A program made the translations under genes and the position numbers. 64,000 nt of DNA, taken from the NCBI RefSeq assembly GCF_009914755.1, contig NC_060936.1; one strand, written 5' to 3'. Position 1 is the first letter of the stretch, and every line of letters starts with the position of its first letter. Below are positions 46,476-60,704 of the stretch, piece after piece. The notes beneath the pieces are model-generated. The model made no database searches. It saw only the letters and a program-made list of their open reading frames with translations, and was not told the origin of the DNA. Source of the DNA: the human T2T-CHM13v2.0 reference genome, Homo sapiens.

Positions 46476-48594
46476 TCAACAAGAAAGGTTTTTGGCTTTC
46501 AGCTTGATGTAATGACTGTGCAGGGGAATTTAACACATTCTTTATGCCACGAGGCCCTTTAAATCTTATTATTTTAAGAACTGTTCCTTTAAAATGATGC
46601 TGTATTTGGCTCTTTTATTCTGTTACTTTCTGCCCAATAAATACTCCACAGTTTTCGTTTTTCTCCATGTCATTACTACTCTGTTAGCTGAGCCTTGCAC
46701 TTGTGGCATAAATTTTATTTTTCCAAAATGAAATGTCAGAAGGTTAAGAGATCAAGCAATCAGCTGCTACATCCCTTTTATAACATGTTTTCTTCTATTT
46801 AAGAGGCAATATTCTAGCCATCCTAAGATGCAAGAAGACTACATTTTCCATCTTCTTCAACCCTTGTTTCCATTATTTTTTAGATAGGGTAGCCTCATAG
46901 CTATCAAGGTTTAAGTGGTAGCTCTGACAGTGGAGGTAGCTAGAGGCTGTTCTGTGAGAATATTTATGTACAATAGAAGACTCTTACTCTCCTCCCATCC
47001 TTTTTTATATGATGAGAAGATAGTTTTCCTGGATATCACAACATTTTGTTATTTTAGAGAGAAATGGGAATTTCATAAATATAAATAGATTTTCTTTAAA
47101 GCACAGTGCTTTGATTCACAAACTGTATAATAAAATAATTATGAACTGTGTAAAAGTATGCCACTTAAAATTTACTTTCCCATAGCTATAGAAGGAAAAG
47201 GTGGTTTAATTAAATGACAATACCAGAAATTTTTTTTCAAAATGTATTGAAAAACAAGGGATATCATGGATCATATGAGATTAAAAAATAGGCTGGATCT
47301 GATTCCAGAATTCAAGTTTATCTTCTTCCAGAACAAGTGTTCTTTGACACAAAATGACAACAAAAACAACCCTCCCACCATCCACCAAACAAAAACAAAA
47401 GCGATAACAACCAATGTGGGCGGTAGTTTCCTTATAGATACGGTGCATATTTTTCAGTTCTATATTACAAATTTCATCTTATTTCACCTTGACCTTATGC
47501 ATTTACAGATGACCCTGCAATAGATTATATTCAGTGAGTTTGTGCTTTTTCTTAGCATAGAAGAAAATGGTAAGAAAAATGCTGTAATTTACAAACTACT
47601 GATATGGTTATCCTGTTTCCTTTTGTCTAACGGATGCTGTGTCTTCTTCTTTCTTACACACAGACTTGTAGAGTTTTGAAGCTGAATTGGATCTATTTTT
47701 GTAGACGAGCAAATCAAGGCTCAGTGAATTAAAGTTACACACTTAGTCTAGCAAAAGAACTGGTAGATGGGGAGCCTGAGCCAGAAAAGTGTGGAGGTCA
47801 GCGGAAGAAGACATTTTTCTGTGCTGAGAGAGAAACATCCAAGCAAGAATTCAGGATGTTTAAGATGTGTTTAGAAGATGATTGAAACTCAACATGCATG
47901 ATTTGGTTTCCGTTTTCTGAGAGAAATGAATATTTATGTCCAATATTATTGTACAAAACCGGTATCTGCCCAGGAGTCCGACCCAGATTAAAATCCTAGC
48001 TCTGTCTCTTCTTGTGTACCTGCAAGCAAATGGATACATCTAATTTTCAGTTTTCTCATCAGTAAAATGAGGATAAGTTATATTCCATAGGATTACAGTG
48101 AGAATGCAATATAATGTGTGAAGTACTTTGCATTACAAATGGCCCATAGTACATGCTTAACGAGTGACTTTTCATTATCCTTACTTCTCTGGTCTTGGCT
48201 GTACATAGGAAGACTGTATGGAATTATGCCCAACCCTATAGCATTATCATGGGAAAAATAAGTGACCCACATGTGTAATCTGAAGAGTTAGGTCAGAGAA
48301 TAAAAGAATAAAGAGGGAGCGTCTTGAACCTAGAGAAAGTGAAGTGCTCTGCAATGTTCCCGTGGTTAGACTTTGATGTAATTTAATTTGTTTAAATAGG
48401 GTAGATTTCTAATAAAGGACAGAAGTATTAGATAAACAAACAGGAAAAGAAGAAATCTTTCTGATCATCATGGTGTTATATATTTAAAGAAGTTAAAGCA
48501 ACATTATTTTAATTGGAAAGGGGTATGTTAATAGGAACAGAAGGGAGAGCATTCATTAAAAAAAAATTTTGACAACCTCAATTCAATAACTTGT

Positions 48595-48895
48595 AATAGC
48601 ATAGTGGTGGTTAAGATTAAGGACTTGGAATCAGACAGATGTGGGTTCACACCCCAGCTCCCCACATGCTGTGCAACCTGGGCAGGCAAGTAACCTCTAA
48701 AACTTGGTATCTGTATAATGGTAATATGTATGAGGTTGAATCACATGAAATTACCACTTTCGTAAGTCAAAACCAGTCAAATACTGGATAATTCATATGA
48801 TTCAACCTAGCTGTGAGAATAAAAAGATAATGTAACTAAAGTTATTACCACAATCACAGGCACTAAATGCTCCATACGTGGCAGTTATTGTTATG
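48595..48895 (+). mobile_element. MIR SINE interrupted by MADE2
   Basis: gtggttaagattaaggacttggaatcagacag ... the MIR resumes after 48810. Confidence 0.7.
48731..48809. mobile_element. MADE2 (Hsmar2 MITE)
   Basis: TIRs aggttgaatcacatgaaatt / aattcatatgattcaacct; about 80 bp. Confidence 0.8.
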
Positions 48896-49560
48896 TTAAT
48901 GTGTCCAACACCTGGAGAAAAAAATTACATCACAATTCCTCCATACAATGAAGTAAGATAAAAACAGTTAAAATCATGACTGTGAAGAATAATTAAGGGT
49001 ATAAAACTATAATCATAATAAAAATGCTAAATTAAAAAAATGAAGATCTAATACTATATATACAATTTCATCCAACTTGTAAAACATATATGCAAGTCTA
49101 TTTGTTTCTATAGAAAGCTGTCTGGAAGAAAATATATTAAAATGTTAAACACAACCCTTGATAAATGATATTAATAAAAATTATATAAGAATTATATTAT
49201 TTTCTTTCCCTAGTTTCTTCTCTTTTTCTATAAACTCAGACTACCTTCATAATCAGTAAAAGTATGTACTTTTTCATTCTACCCCTCAAAGTACAAAAAG
49301 CTAACAAGAGTTCTTGCCATGTATAGGAATAACACCCTATTTGATAAATGCCATTTTGTTACCACTTTAAAATTTAAAAATAAACATCTTAGGTATTGAT
49401 TTCTTTTGAGTTCTAATTTCCTTCTGCATAGTGTTTTTGTGTATGTTGTGTATGGCCCAGGGTTAAAGAAAAAACTAAAACATGAGATGTCAAGGCAGAG
49501 TTACAGAAACAAAAATTTAGGCTGTTAAGACTAGGGGAAAAGGTGTAGAATTTAAGAATG

Positions 49561-49916
49561 TGTCGTAGTCCAGCCAGACTGCTATAACAAATTACCGTAG
49601 ACTGGGTGGCTTTTAAACAAACAAACAAAATTCATTTCTCACAGTACTGGAGGCTGGGAAGTATAAGATCAAGTTGCTGGCTGGTAAGGACCTGTTTTCT
49701 GGCTCACAAATGTCCGTCTCCCACTGTGTCCTCACAGAGCAGAAGTGGTAAGATAGCTCTCTTGGGTCTCATTTCTAAGGGCACTAATCCCATTCATGAG
49801 GGCTCTACCCTCATGATCTAATCACCTCCCAAAGGCCTCACCTACTGACACCGTCACCTTGGGGTGAGGATTTCAACATATGAATTTTGGTGGGGACAAA
49901 CATTCAGTCCACTGCA
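49561..49916 (-). mobile_element. MaLR solo LTR (MLT1A/MSTD-like)
   Basis: tgtcgtagtcc..gctataacaaattaccgtagactgggtggc ... cattcagtccactgca; TSD gaatg. Confidence 0.88.
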
Positions 49917-50179
49917 GAATGGTAATTATTTAGGTATGGAACTATCAGGCATCAAGAAAGACTTTTTGACTATTTGTATATTCTTCAAGAATTTTCCTTT
50001 CCCAGTTTTGCGTAGCCTCTCTGCAATTCTGCCTTTGGGGAAACTTTAAAGATGAGACCTAGCATAGCTCCTGAAGGAGACAATTTTAGGAAACTCCTTT
50101 GGATGTAGCTTCCAATGGATGTGTCTTAAACCAAAATCTACCCTCTCATAAGTACATCATGAAAAAGCATAGAGGATGC

Positions 50180-50246
50180 TTTATAAAATACTTTGTGTTT
50201 ATAAAATACTTTGTTTATAAAATACTTGTGTTTATAAAATACTTTG
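50180..50246. repeat. About 17-bp minisatellite, 4 copies
   Basis: tttataaaatactttgtg units. Confidence 0.85.
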
Positions 50247-50513
50247 ACAAATCTCACCTCACTATGATCTTGTGAGATGAACAGGGCATGAATTATCTTA
50301 TCCATCTTGCAGAATAGAAAAGAAGATGGGAGGGTAAGTGAACTAATTGTCTTGTCTCCCACAACTAGAACACAGTAAGGATTAGAATGAAGACTTCTGC
50401 TTCCCAAACCTAGGCTTATGTGCCTCTGCTGTGCAGGGCTTTTTAAAGATATGTTTTAGGGTATGTATCTTATAATACAAATAAGAAATCTTGTAATATA
50501 AAATAAGAACACA

Positions 50514-50823
<310 letters not shown>

Positions 50824-51369
50824 AGAAAAGGGAAAGTAAAAAATGAAAAAAAAAAAAGAACAAAGAATAAATGAAAATTGTAATGCCTGATTACTTTTTA
50901 TGTCACTTCCTGTCTCTGAGAACATAGTAGTTTGAGGCTGTAAAATTAATACAAATACCCAGATCCTGATCAGTGGCTGATGTATAAGCATGGAATGTTT
51001 GGTTCTTAAAACCGCTTGAGGAAAGAGCTTATTGTGTAATTATAGCTGTGCTTCCTGTCTAATACTGTTATAGGCACAGATGTGGAAGCTTTTTCCTTCA
51101 GACACTAAGTACAGAATTGAGTTTTAGGAAAGAACATGCACCCATATTGTGAAAACACCTTACTCTCAGAGTGAGTATTCTCAGCACTAACCCTTTCCAA
51201 GCAATTTCAGCCCTTCTGGAGAAATTGTTAAATATTAGAGATAGCACGGGACAGCTGGTCAGGAAACCTAAGTTCTTGCCAACTAGAATCCATGAGACAA
51301 ATAAAGAGACAAGTGATGGCAACTCACGTGGCCCGTTTCCTTTTCTGTAAAGTAAGGGGTTTGAATTAG

Positions 51370-51850
51370 GCTAGTAGTTCTTGACTGAGGTGCATGACAT
51401 ATAGCATAGCATTTTACGAATGCTGGTGTCTGATCCAACCTCCAGAGATCCTGACTTTATTGGTCTAAGTAAATTTCTCCAAGTGATGGCGATGCCAGAC
51501 AGGTTTAAGAACCACTGGGTTAGGTGACCTCTGAAATGCCTCTAGCTCTCAGATTCTGTGTTATTTTGGTTCTATTTTTCCTTCCAAGAGCAAACCAGGG
51601 AGGGGATACAATATTCCACCTCCCGCTTTCCTCCTCTCTTAGTATAACTTGCTGACTTGTAATCGGGGTAGTGATTTTCAAATTTTAGTGGTGAATAGTA
51701 AATAGCTAGTTAAAATGCAGATTACTAGGCTCCACTCCATGAAATTCTGATGTGGTAGACCTGGGGCATTGCCCAGATATCTATATTTTTCACAAGAATC
51801 CACATGATTCTGAGGCATTGATTGAGAACCAAATTTTGAAAAACACTGTC
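51370..51850. mobile_element. Two MER5-type hAT MITEs
   Basis: agtagttcttga...tttaagaaccactg; agtgattttcaaa...ttttgaaaaacactg. Confidence 0.6.
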
Positions 51851-52099
51851 AAAGGCATGATTTGTAACCTCATGGATATAATTTTGCCTGGGGAATCTTT
51901 GGGATCCTGATTTACTCTAGAATACAACTTTGGCTAAATTGAGAAGTAGGTGCAGTGACTCGAAGACCCAAACCTCATAGCTCAGAGCCCCGCTCTTCAT
52001 TTACGTTACAACCAGGTAGCTAGGGTGCTGGCTTCCATCAAAACTTGCTCTGAATAAGTAACAATAAGAAGATTAGAATCCAGAGTAGAAAATAGTTTC

Positions 52100-52670
52100 T
52101 ATAAACAAATAGAAACATAAAAAATGATAATGAAAAACTGGGCAAAAGACATGAACATGCAACTCAGAAGAACGAACCCAGTGATGAATATGCATTCACC
52201 ATATAGGGGAAATAAAAATCAATAAAAAACCAAGGTATCATTTTTCACCAATCAAATTGGCATGCATTTCAAAAGTTTGGTAGTGTCAAGTGATTACTAG
52301 GGAAACTAGTGCTGATACAGTCATGGTGTAATACAAACTGGATGAGCCAGTTTAGAAGGTAATTGGGTAGTGCTCTTAATTAAATATGCTCTTATTCTTT
52401 GATGCTAAAAATATAATTTTACTTCTCAGTATTAACCTGAGAAATACTGGAACATAAACAAAAATAAATATGGTCAAGAATGATTTTAAAACAGAAAAAT
52501 GATAACCATGTATACGTCCATAAAGGAGAAAGTGTCCAAATAAATTGTGGAAAAATCTTAGTAAATATTACACAAGAATGAGAAGAAATGAGGTAGATCT
52601 GTATGGACTAGCTTGGCAGATCACCGAGACTTATTGCTGAGTGTGAAACCTAGTTACAGAATGGTATTCA
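52100..52670 (+). mobile_element. Old L1ME-like fragment
   Basis: gaaaaactgggcaaaagacatgaac ... ttttcaccaatcaaattggca. Confidence 0.7.
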
Positions 52671-52671
52671 T

Positions 52672-53284
52672 TGTGATAACTTGTCTCCAGAGTGGCACCA
52701 TTAATCCTTTCCCTTGTCATTTCCCCCATCAAGAGGTTACATCTATTTCTATCCTTCCCTTGAATCTGGGCTTGTTTCAATGAATTCCTGGACCAGAAAA
52801 GTGTGGCAGAAGTCATTCTGGGTCTTAAGAAGCTTTGCAGGTTCCACCTGGGTCTCTTGGAACACATTATTGCAACTCTTGCTCTAGGGGGAAGTCATCT
52901 GCTCTGTAAGAAGTTCTGTTGTCCTGAGAATGTCATGTGGAGAGGAGATGACAGCCAACCTTGGCTGTTCCAGCCATTTATGTCACCCCAGCCCAGGCAA
53001 CAGGCATGTGAGTGAGGCTGCATCCTGGACATTATGGTCCCAGCAGATGCCATGTAGAGGATAGCCAAGGTCCTGGACATATGGCCCCAGTCAATCAATC
53101 GCAGCCATCCTTATCCTTTTGAACCACCCAGCTGAAGTTCCAGACATTGTGGAGCAGCCACACTGTTCCTACTGTGCCTTGCCCTAATTTTTGACTCACA
53201 GAATTGTGAGCATAAGAAATGTCAGGCTTTTTACAGCAGTAAGTTTTTGTGTGGTTTGTTATGCACCAATAGATAAACAGAACA
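52672..53284 (+). mobile_element. MLT1 (G/H-like) LTR
   Basis: ccttcccttgaatctgggc ... tttgttatgcaccaatagataaacagaaca. Confidence 0.8.
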
Positions 53285-53591
53285 CTCACAGTAATACCAT
53301 TGTGTTTTAGAAAAAATACTAAAAAATATAAGATACCATCTGTATTTGTGTCTATTTATGTATATATACAATCTAAAAGGACAGACACTAAAATGATGAC
53401 AATATTTACATCTGGGTCAGAGAGGAAGTCAAGCAGGAATGAACATGGTGGTCCTTAAAAGGGACTTTAACCTTACATAGAGTCATGATTCTGTCAGGAA
53501 GAGAGACACTACTGGGTTGATTCAAGCAGGAGGGGTTTGATTTCAGGTAGGTGTTTACAAAAGGGACAGGAGTAGCGAAGGTCAGAGAAAG

Positions 53592-53691
53592 CTGACACTA
53601 GTGTTTAATTGTGCCACTGATTCAGCAAGTTGCAGGAAAAAACCTGACACTAGTGTTTAGGTGTGCCACTGATTCAGCGAGTTGCAGGAAA
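53592..53691. repeat. 52-bp tandem duplication
   Basis: ctgacactagtgttta..tgtgccactgattcagc.agttgcaggaaa at 53592 and 53644; 3 mismatches. Confidence 0.92.
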
Positions 53692-54938
53692 CCCCCCCAG
53701 CCTGCTTGGATGGGGAACGTCTGGAGGCTGCTGCAGAGCCTCCCAGCTGCGGGAACCTGGACACCTGCCCTCACTGCTGAGGAGCAAGGATCTGAGTTCC
53801 TTCTCCCTTCTGCTTTCAAGCCTGGGCTGACTGCCTCCTATTGATGAAATTTAACCCACTAATTGTGGAGGTTTAGGGTTTTTTTTTTTAGAGCCCAGTG
53901 GAAGCCCATAGGGAGGCGGGCTCACAGTAGCTGCCTTACTCCTTTCTTCCTTCATTTGTAGTGTGTCGAGACACATGACAGATGACATGTTCCCAGTACA
54001 GTGGATGTATGCATTATTTTATCTACTTTAACAAAAACAATCTTTTTCAATGGACCAGTGGCTTAAAAGGATTCCTACAAAGCAACTATAATACTAATAG
54101 TGCAAGCATAGCTGATCTGTGAGAAAATGGTAGCGCTGACACTTTTTTACTCGAACTTTTTTACTAGAACTTTTTCCTCCAAATTATGAAATTCAAAACA
54201 ATGACAATCTAATCTTATATTAAAAAATTTAAAATTATTAAACACACTATTTGAAATATAGGGGAATGCACAGATTATAACATATTTCTCTGGAGTTACT
54301 TTTTCTAACTATTATACCCATTAAAACCAAGAGTCCAAGCATCCAAGTAAATTCAACAAAGATTTAGACCTTTAAATTACAGTAAGCCAAGAAAAAATAA
54401 TAGGAAAACAAGAAAGGTGTTTTTGAGGCATTAAAAGAAGATACACAATTATATAAAATATTTTTATCACATCTTTAGCTCTTTTAAAATTCTATTCTTG
54501 TATGTTTCAAAATGTTCCTACTTATTTATAAGTAAATTATGAACATGGACATAAATGTTCAATCATACTGAAATCACAAAATATTATAATGCAGCAATCA
54601 AAAATATTTCTGTGCCATTATAAAGGAAATAAAATATATAATTATTTAAATACATTTAAATTTCATCTTCATTTCATAATATCCATTTTCTATTTTCAGT
54701 CAATATTAACACATATACATATTTGTAATTTATAAAAAGTATCTGTATATTAGGGATGAGTGCTTGTGTGTTTCTGTTGCTGGAGTACAAAATCAACTTG
54801 TTTGAAGATCTATTCTAGTCCATGAAAATGCCTGGCTGTGGCCTAGAATATAATAGGTGGGTTTCTTTGATGTTGTTTAGGCTTCATTTAAATGCAAGTA
54901 GGCCTTTCTCCAGGTTGCAGTGGATGCCCACCATTGTG

Positions 54939-54941
<3 letters not shown>

Positions 54942-54989
<48 letters not shown>
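54942..54989. repeat. (GT)24 microsatellite
   Basis: Direct read, uninterrupted. Confidence 0.97.
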
Positions 54990-54990
<1 letters not shown>

Positions 54991-57206
54991 CTACAGAGTG
55001 TACACGAAGGCTAAAAAAACCAGACAAATTCAATTTAGTTATTTGGTTAGCAAATTCAATTTTCTGATTAACTGTACTCAAGTCATGGTGAAGGGATAGA
55101 GAAGACACTGGATTGCTGCCTCAAAGGAGGTTACAATGTCACTGTCATTGGGCCAAAAGACATAAATAAGCACATGTGTGGTATAATAAAGATATAAAGT
55201 ATCTTTATTATAAGTATGTGTTTAGTCTAGAGAAGGTAAATATATTGAAAGCTATGGGTCAGAAACTAGACTCAGGCTAGTTACACAGTGTTGTGTGTTG
55301 CTTTCCTAGTCTATGAAGATAATAACACCTCCCTATACACCTCACAGATCACTGCGAAATTAAAATAACTAAAAGTTGAGAACCTAATGTAACATATACA
55401 AATAACAGGAATTATATTTTAGCTTAGAAATCTACATTCTTTTAAAAGCTTTAGTTTGTTTTTTTTCTTTTTTCCTGCAAATGGAAATGATGATGGTTGG
55501 CTCCCTGTTTCAAATCTAGGCTTACTCTATTGGAGCTTTTGGAGACCTTAAATTTTAAGCTATTTCTATGTAAGATGGGGGGCAGTGAGGGATGTCTTCT
55601 ACTCATGAGCTGAGCACATTAGGTTTCTTTTGAGAATTGTTATTCTTTTACTTCTTTAAAGATTGAGGGAAAACTCTCCTAATAATGCATGTTAATTAAT
55701 TTATAACTCTTCTTGTTTTAGAAAAAGTTTTCAAAAGGAAAATACTGAATAAGCTGGGGTTTACTGACCTCTGATGGCCGGACTTAAAATTGCTACTTTT
55801 ATCAGGCTTCTTAAGATGACAATGTAAAGCTCTTTCTGGAAACTGCCCAAGTCTAGGTTGTAAGGCAGTCAAGAATCACCAGACAAGAAGAGGGAGACCA
55901 CAGGATGTCAACTAGTCAAACTTTCTTTTCTCAAGCAGGATTTATTTAGTTAATTTTAGGCTGAGGCTTTGTTAAATCGATGGTAATTTATTGAAAACAC
56001 TTCAGTGTGTAAGTCAGAGTATTTCTGACCAGAAATCCCAACTCCATAAGTGGTTAATTAGCATTTAAAAGACTATCCAGAAATCCACACTAGAGAAATG
56101 GCTGACTACAGCATTTCAAATATTGCTATCTAAATCTGCAATAGAGTTTGTTAATTAGCATAGTGATATTTAACAGTATTTCTTTGGCGATCTGAAAGCT
56201 TCTGAGACATGTAGTTGGCTGGAAATATTGTACAGGCATCTTAGCTCTTACGTGAATAGGGTGTAAGAATCTGACAATAAATGTTTGTACATGGAGCAGA
56301 ATTAAGTCTAAGCCTTGCTTTCATTATAGTGTACCTGGTAGCAAAGATATAAGGGAGGAGATAATAGCTCTCACCTACTTCTAATATTTGGAGGCGTCCA
56401 GAGTCACCAAAGAGAAACTGACTATGGTGAAGTGGTTAGATTGGCTTAGGTCAATTGTAACAAGCCATCCATCATGTTCCTAAAACTTTACAGAAGAAAT
56501 GATTACAGAAGCTGATTTGTAGCATTTCCCTATGTTTTATACCTTATTTCATCAGCATATTCCTCCTAATTTTTACCCCAAATCACATGTGTTATAATTT
56601 AAGCATAGTTCCATTGAATACAGATAAGGAGAGAAATGAACTATCCCCAGCCAATATTATATTTTTCTGGTAGAATTAGCTTAAAAAATACATCCATGGC
56701 CAAAGACACTTGAATAGTAGTTAAGAAGATGACATTGCTTTTGCATGGCTAAATATAGCTGGGAAGTTGTTCAGATGTCCTAGGGGACACTACTGTTAGC
56801 CTAAACTGCAGTCGTCATTTTGGTACACAAGAAGCTTGTACTATGTCTGTCACTGTTCTGTCAATTTACTAGAAGGGAAATAGCAATAATAAACTTGACA
56901 TTATTTTATAAAAAAATTTGTTTCATATAAATAAGTACATACTTAAAACTGGATTTATATCATATTTTCAAAAAAAATAGACTCATACTGCTTTGAAACC
57001 AGGGTCCAGTACTAACAAGTTGACCTTGAAGGCCTTTTAAGATTAGATCTCAAGGGATCTCATGACCTCACCTCCACGCCTTTCCCCTAATTTTGTCTTC
57101 TCTGCCTTAGCCTCCCTAATTTAACTTAGCAAAGTCACATGAGGTTCTTACAATGTCTTCAAGCGAGGCAGGAGTAACCACAGCAAAGAGAGGAGAGACC
57201 ACTTCT

Positions 57207-57750
57207 GTTGCCATGCCAAGCTGCTTTTGAGGAAGCCCCCAGTAATCCCCACCTCCTGGTATTTACACCCTCTCCTTGTGTGTGGGCTGGGCCTAGTGAC
57301 TCACTTATAATAAATAAAATATGGAAAAAGTGATGGAATGTCATTTCTGAGATTAGGTTAAAAAGAGATTGTGACTTCTGTCTTGGACATCCTCTCTGGC
57401 TCTTTCGCTCCCTTGTTCTAGGGGAAGCCAGCTGCCATGTTGTGAGTTTCCTTTGGGAGAGATCCATGTAGCAAGAAACTGATTATATCTGATTAACAGA
57501 CGGTGAAGACCCAAGGCCTGCCAATAGCCTTGTGAGTTGGGAAGTGAATCCTTCACCAGCTGAAACTTGAGATGACTATAGCCCCAGCTACAGCTTGATG
57601 GCCACCTTGCAAGAGACCCTGAGTCAGAAGCACCCAGCTATGCTGGGCCCAGATTCCCAACCCTCAGAAACCACGAGATAATGAGTGCTTGTTGTTTCAA
57701 GCCACAGAGTTTTGGGGTAATTTGTTGTGCATCAGTAAATAACTAATGCA
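57207..57750 (+). mobile_element. MLT1 (E/F-like) LTR
   Basis: tccccacctcctggtatttacaccc ... ggggaagccagctgccatgttgtgag ... aaataactaatgca. Confidence 0.88.
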
Positions 57751-58549
57751 ACTGCTAAAGGAGACTTAGGAAGTTTGGGGAGTTCCAAGTGCTCAGAGTC
57801 ATCTAAATCCAGCCAGCGATCCTATTCCAGTTCTTCAGCTTTAGTTTTCCCAATCAATCTCTTTATATTTCACGGAAAGAGCCTAATGAGCCTCCAAGTT
57901 AAACTGAAATTCTAATTCTGTACCCTTCAGGATCATATGCTGATTGATTTTTGGGTACACAGCCCTATGGTTATAAAAGATTTGTTGAGACCAGTCAAAG
58001 GAGGAGATCTCTGGTTTTCTGACCATGTTTTAAAATGAAAATGAAAAACCTTAGCTTGTTGTCTTCTTTCTAAGCTCTTTAGGATGGTTGTTGTATTCCC
58101 CATTTCCACTTTAATTGCTAGATAATCTGGTAAAGCCATGCTGGCAATAGGCACTTCATCCTAAGGAACCACAGGTGATATAATTTAAGCAACCATCTTG
58201 CAAACATATGGACTACAGATGTCTCATTTTTCATGGTATCCAGACAATCCCTGTCTTCCAATCCAATGAGATCTGACAACTAATTCCACATTTCTATCCT
58301 TGAGAGTCTAGTCCTTGCAACTGCTTCTGGTAAACCCTGTGTTTAGTGCAGGCAACAGTAATCAGCCTAGGTATTTACAGCAGGTAAATACCTGCTGTAA
58401 CAGTAATCAGCTTAGGTATTTACAGAAAGAGATTAAGACAGGATATAAGGTACTTAAAAATTATTGGAAAGTCTGAGGAAATGGAAGCCAGGAGGCACTG
58501 CTGGAACTATTGAGTTCAAGAACAGACTGGGCTATGCATTGCTTGACTT

Positions 58550-59095
58550 AGTCATTCATATATGCAACACATGTTGATTGAATATCTGTTAAGAGCCAGG
58601 TACCCAGGTATTCTAGGCCCTAGGTGAATACAACTGAAAAGTCCTGTAATCTCATGGAGTTTATATTATAAATACAGCTATAGCTGCTTTATAGGTTGAT
58701 GTGAAATTAAAGAGCAGAGGTTTGGAGGGGTTCCTTAAGATTGGGTATTCATGGAGGTCGCTTTTGAGAGGGTGATATTTGATAAAATTTCTGATCAACG
58801 AGAAAGAGCCAGCCATGTGAAGATTTACTGGAAGGGCATTCCAGGCAAACAGAGCACTTGGTGCAAAACTATAAAGTAGGAATGAGCTTGCCATATTCCA
58901 GAACAGAAAGGATACTGTCTCAGTAGGCAAGGGGCAGGGAGGAAAGTCAAGGGTTTGACAAGGAATACAACATGTTGAGCTTTGAAGTTCATCCTAAAGT
59001 GTTTGAGTTTTGTTCTAAGTGTAGAGGGACATGTTGGAGGGCTTTAACAAGGGGAATGACATGATCTGATTAACGCTTAGAGACAATTCTGGCTC
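58550..59095 (-). mobile_element. L2 fragment
   Basis: tcattcat..caacacatgttgattg ... gaagggcattccaggcaaacagagc ... gacatgatctgatt. Confidence 0.75.
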
Positions 59096-59867
59096 ACCTG
59101 AGCTCTTATGTCATTTTTAAAGTACCCGCATTTGTACTTGTTCTCATTGCTTAAAGAGTGTTACTTTAGCTACTGTAGTTTAAATAGTGATGTATTAGTA
59201 CGTTATTTTCTTCTATGAGAACAACTCTGATAAGCTTCCTGTTTTTAGACTCATATGTGTTCTGTTTGGTCAATTTTGCTTATAACATTTCCAAAACTGT
59301 GTTGTTTCTACTGTTTGCTTTGTGCAAGTATTTTATAATGGCTCTTGGCAAAAAGCAATGTCTTTTGCTGATACATGGTGTTTGAATTTAGGACTGGAGA
59401 CTGTAGTAGTTAGTTGTCTAAGATCTCTAGCAAATGCTTAATACAAATTTCAATGAAACTGCAACGAGGTGGGGTTTCTATTTAGCATCTGCTATTAAAA
59501 TCCAGAGTCCACTAAGAAAACCTTTGAAGTGACTTTACAATAAACTTTACTAAATGATTTCAGAATTTGATAATTCATCATCAATAACCATCAATAGTTA
59601 ATTGATTATATTTGAAAATCAGTTTCTTAATTATTACCTTCCCTTCCAATTACACGTGTACATACAATTTTGACAATTTTAATTGATTTAACTCACTACT
59701 TCAATATCAATTCTTTAGTTATTTCAAATGTCTTATCATAATGGAATTTGGGTACTTGACACACATTTTTGAGTACGTACTGCTGTATTCCAGGCATTTT
59801 GCTAAAAACAAGACAAAGTCTCTCATGAAACTTACACTCTAATGGAAAGAATAGTTACTCAAGAATA

Positions 59868-59957
59868 TTAGGTTGGTGCAAAAGTAATTGCAGTTTTTGC
59901 CATTTTTTTTTTTTTAAAGTAATGGCAATTACTTTTTTTTTTTTTTAACCAACCTAA
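59868..59957. mobile_element. MADE1 (Hsmar1 MITE) inserted in an L2
   Basis: ttaggttggtgcaaaagtaattgcagtttttgccatt ... caattac...accaacctaa. Confidence 0.88.
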
Positions 59958-60120
59958 CAATTAACTCTAATGGTTGAGCATCATATTGGGGAACCTGACG
60001 TGGTCCCAGGGCTCCTCTGAGGAAGAGATATTTACCCTGAGACCTGAACAAGACTCACTGGCCTCATGAAGAGGAGTGTGGAGAGTGTCCATGCAGTGGA
60101 GACCCAATGGTGAGAAGTCA

Positions 60121-60651
<531 letters not shown>

Positions 60652-60704
60652 TTAAACTACTACTTTAGAGAGGCTTTTAAATACTTTAAATAAACACCAC
60701 CAAT

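Noticed and set aside
53592-53691. CRISPR-like repeat-spacer array
   Set aside because: Only two adjacent copies, no spacers, eukaryotic context
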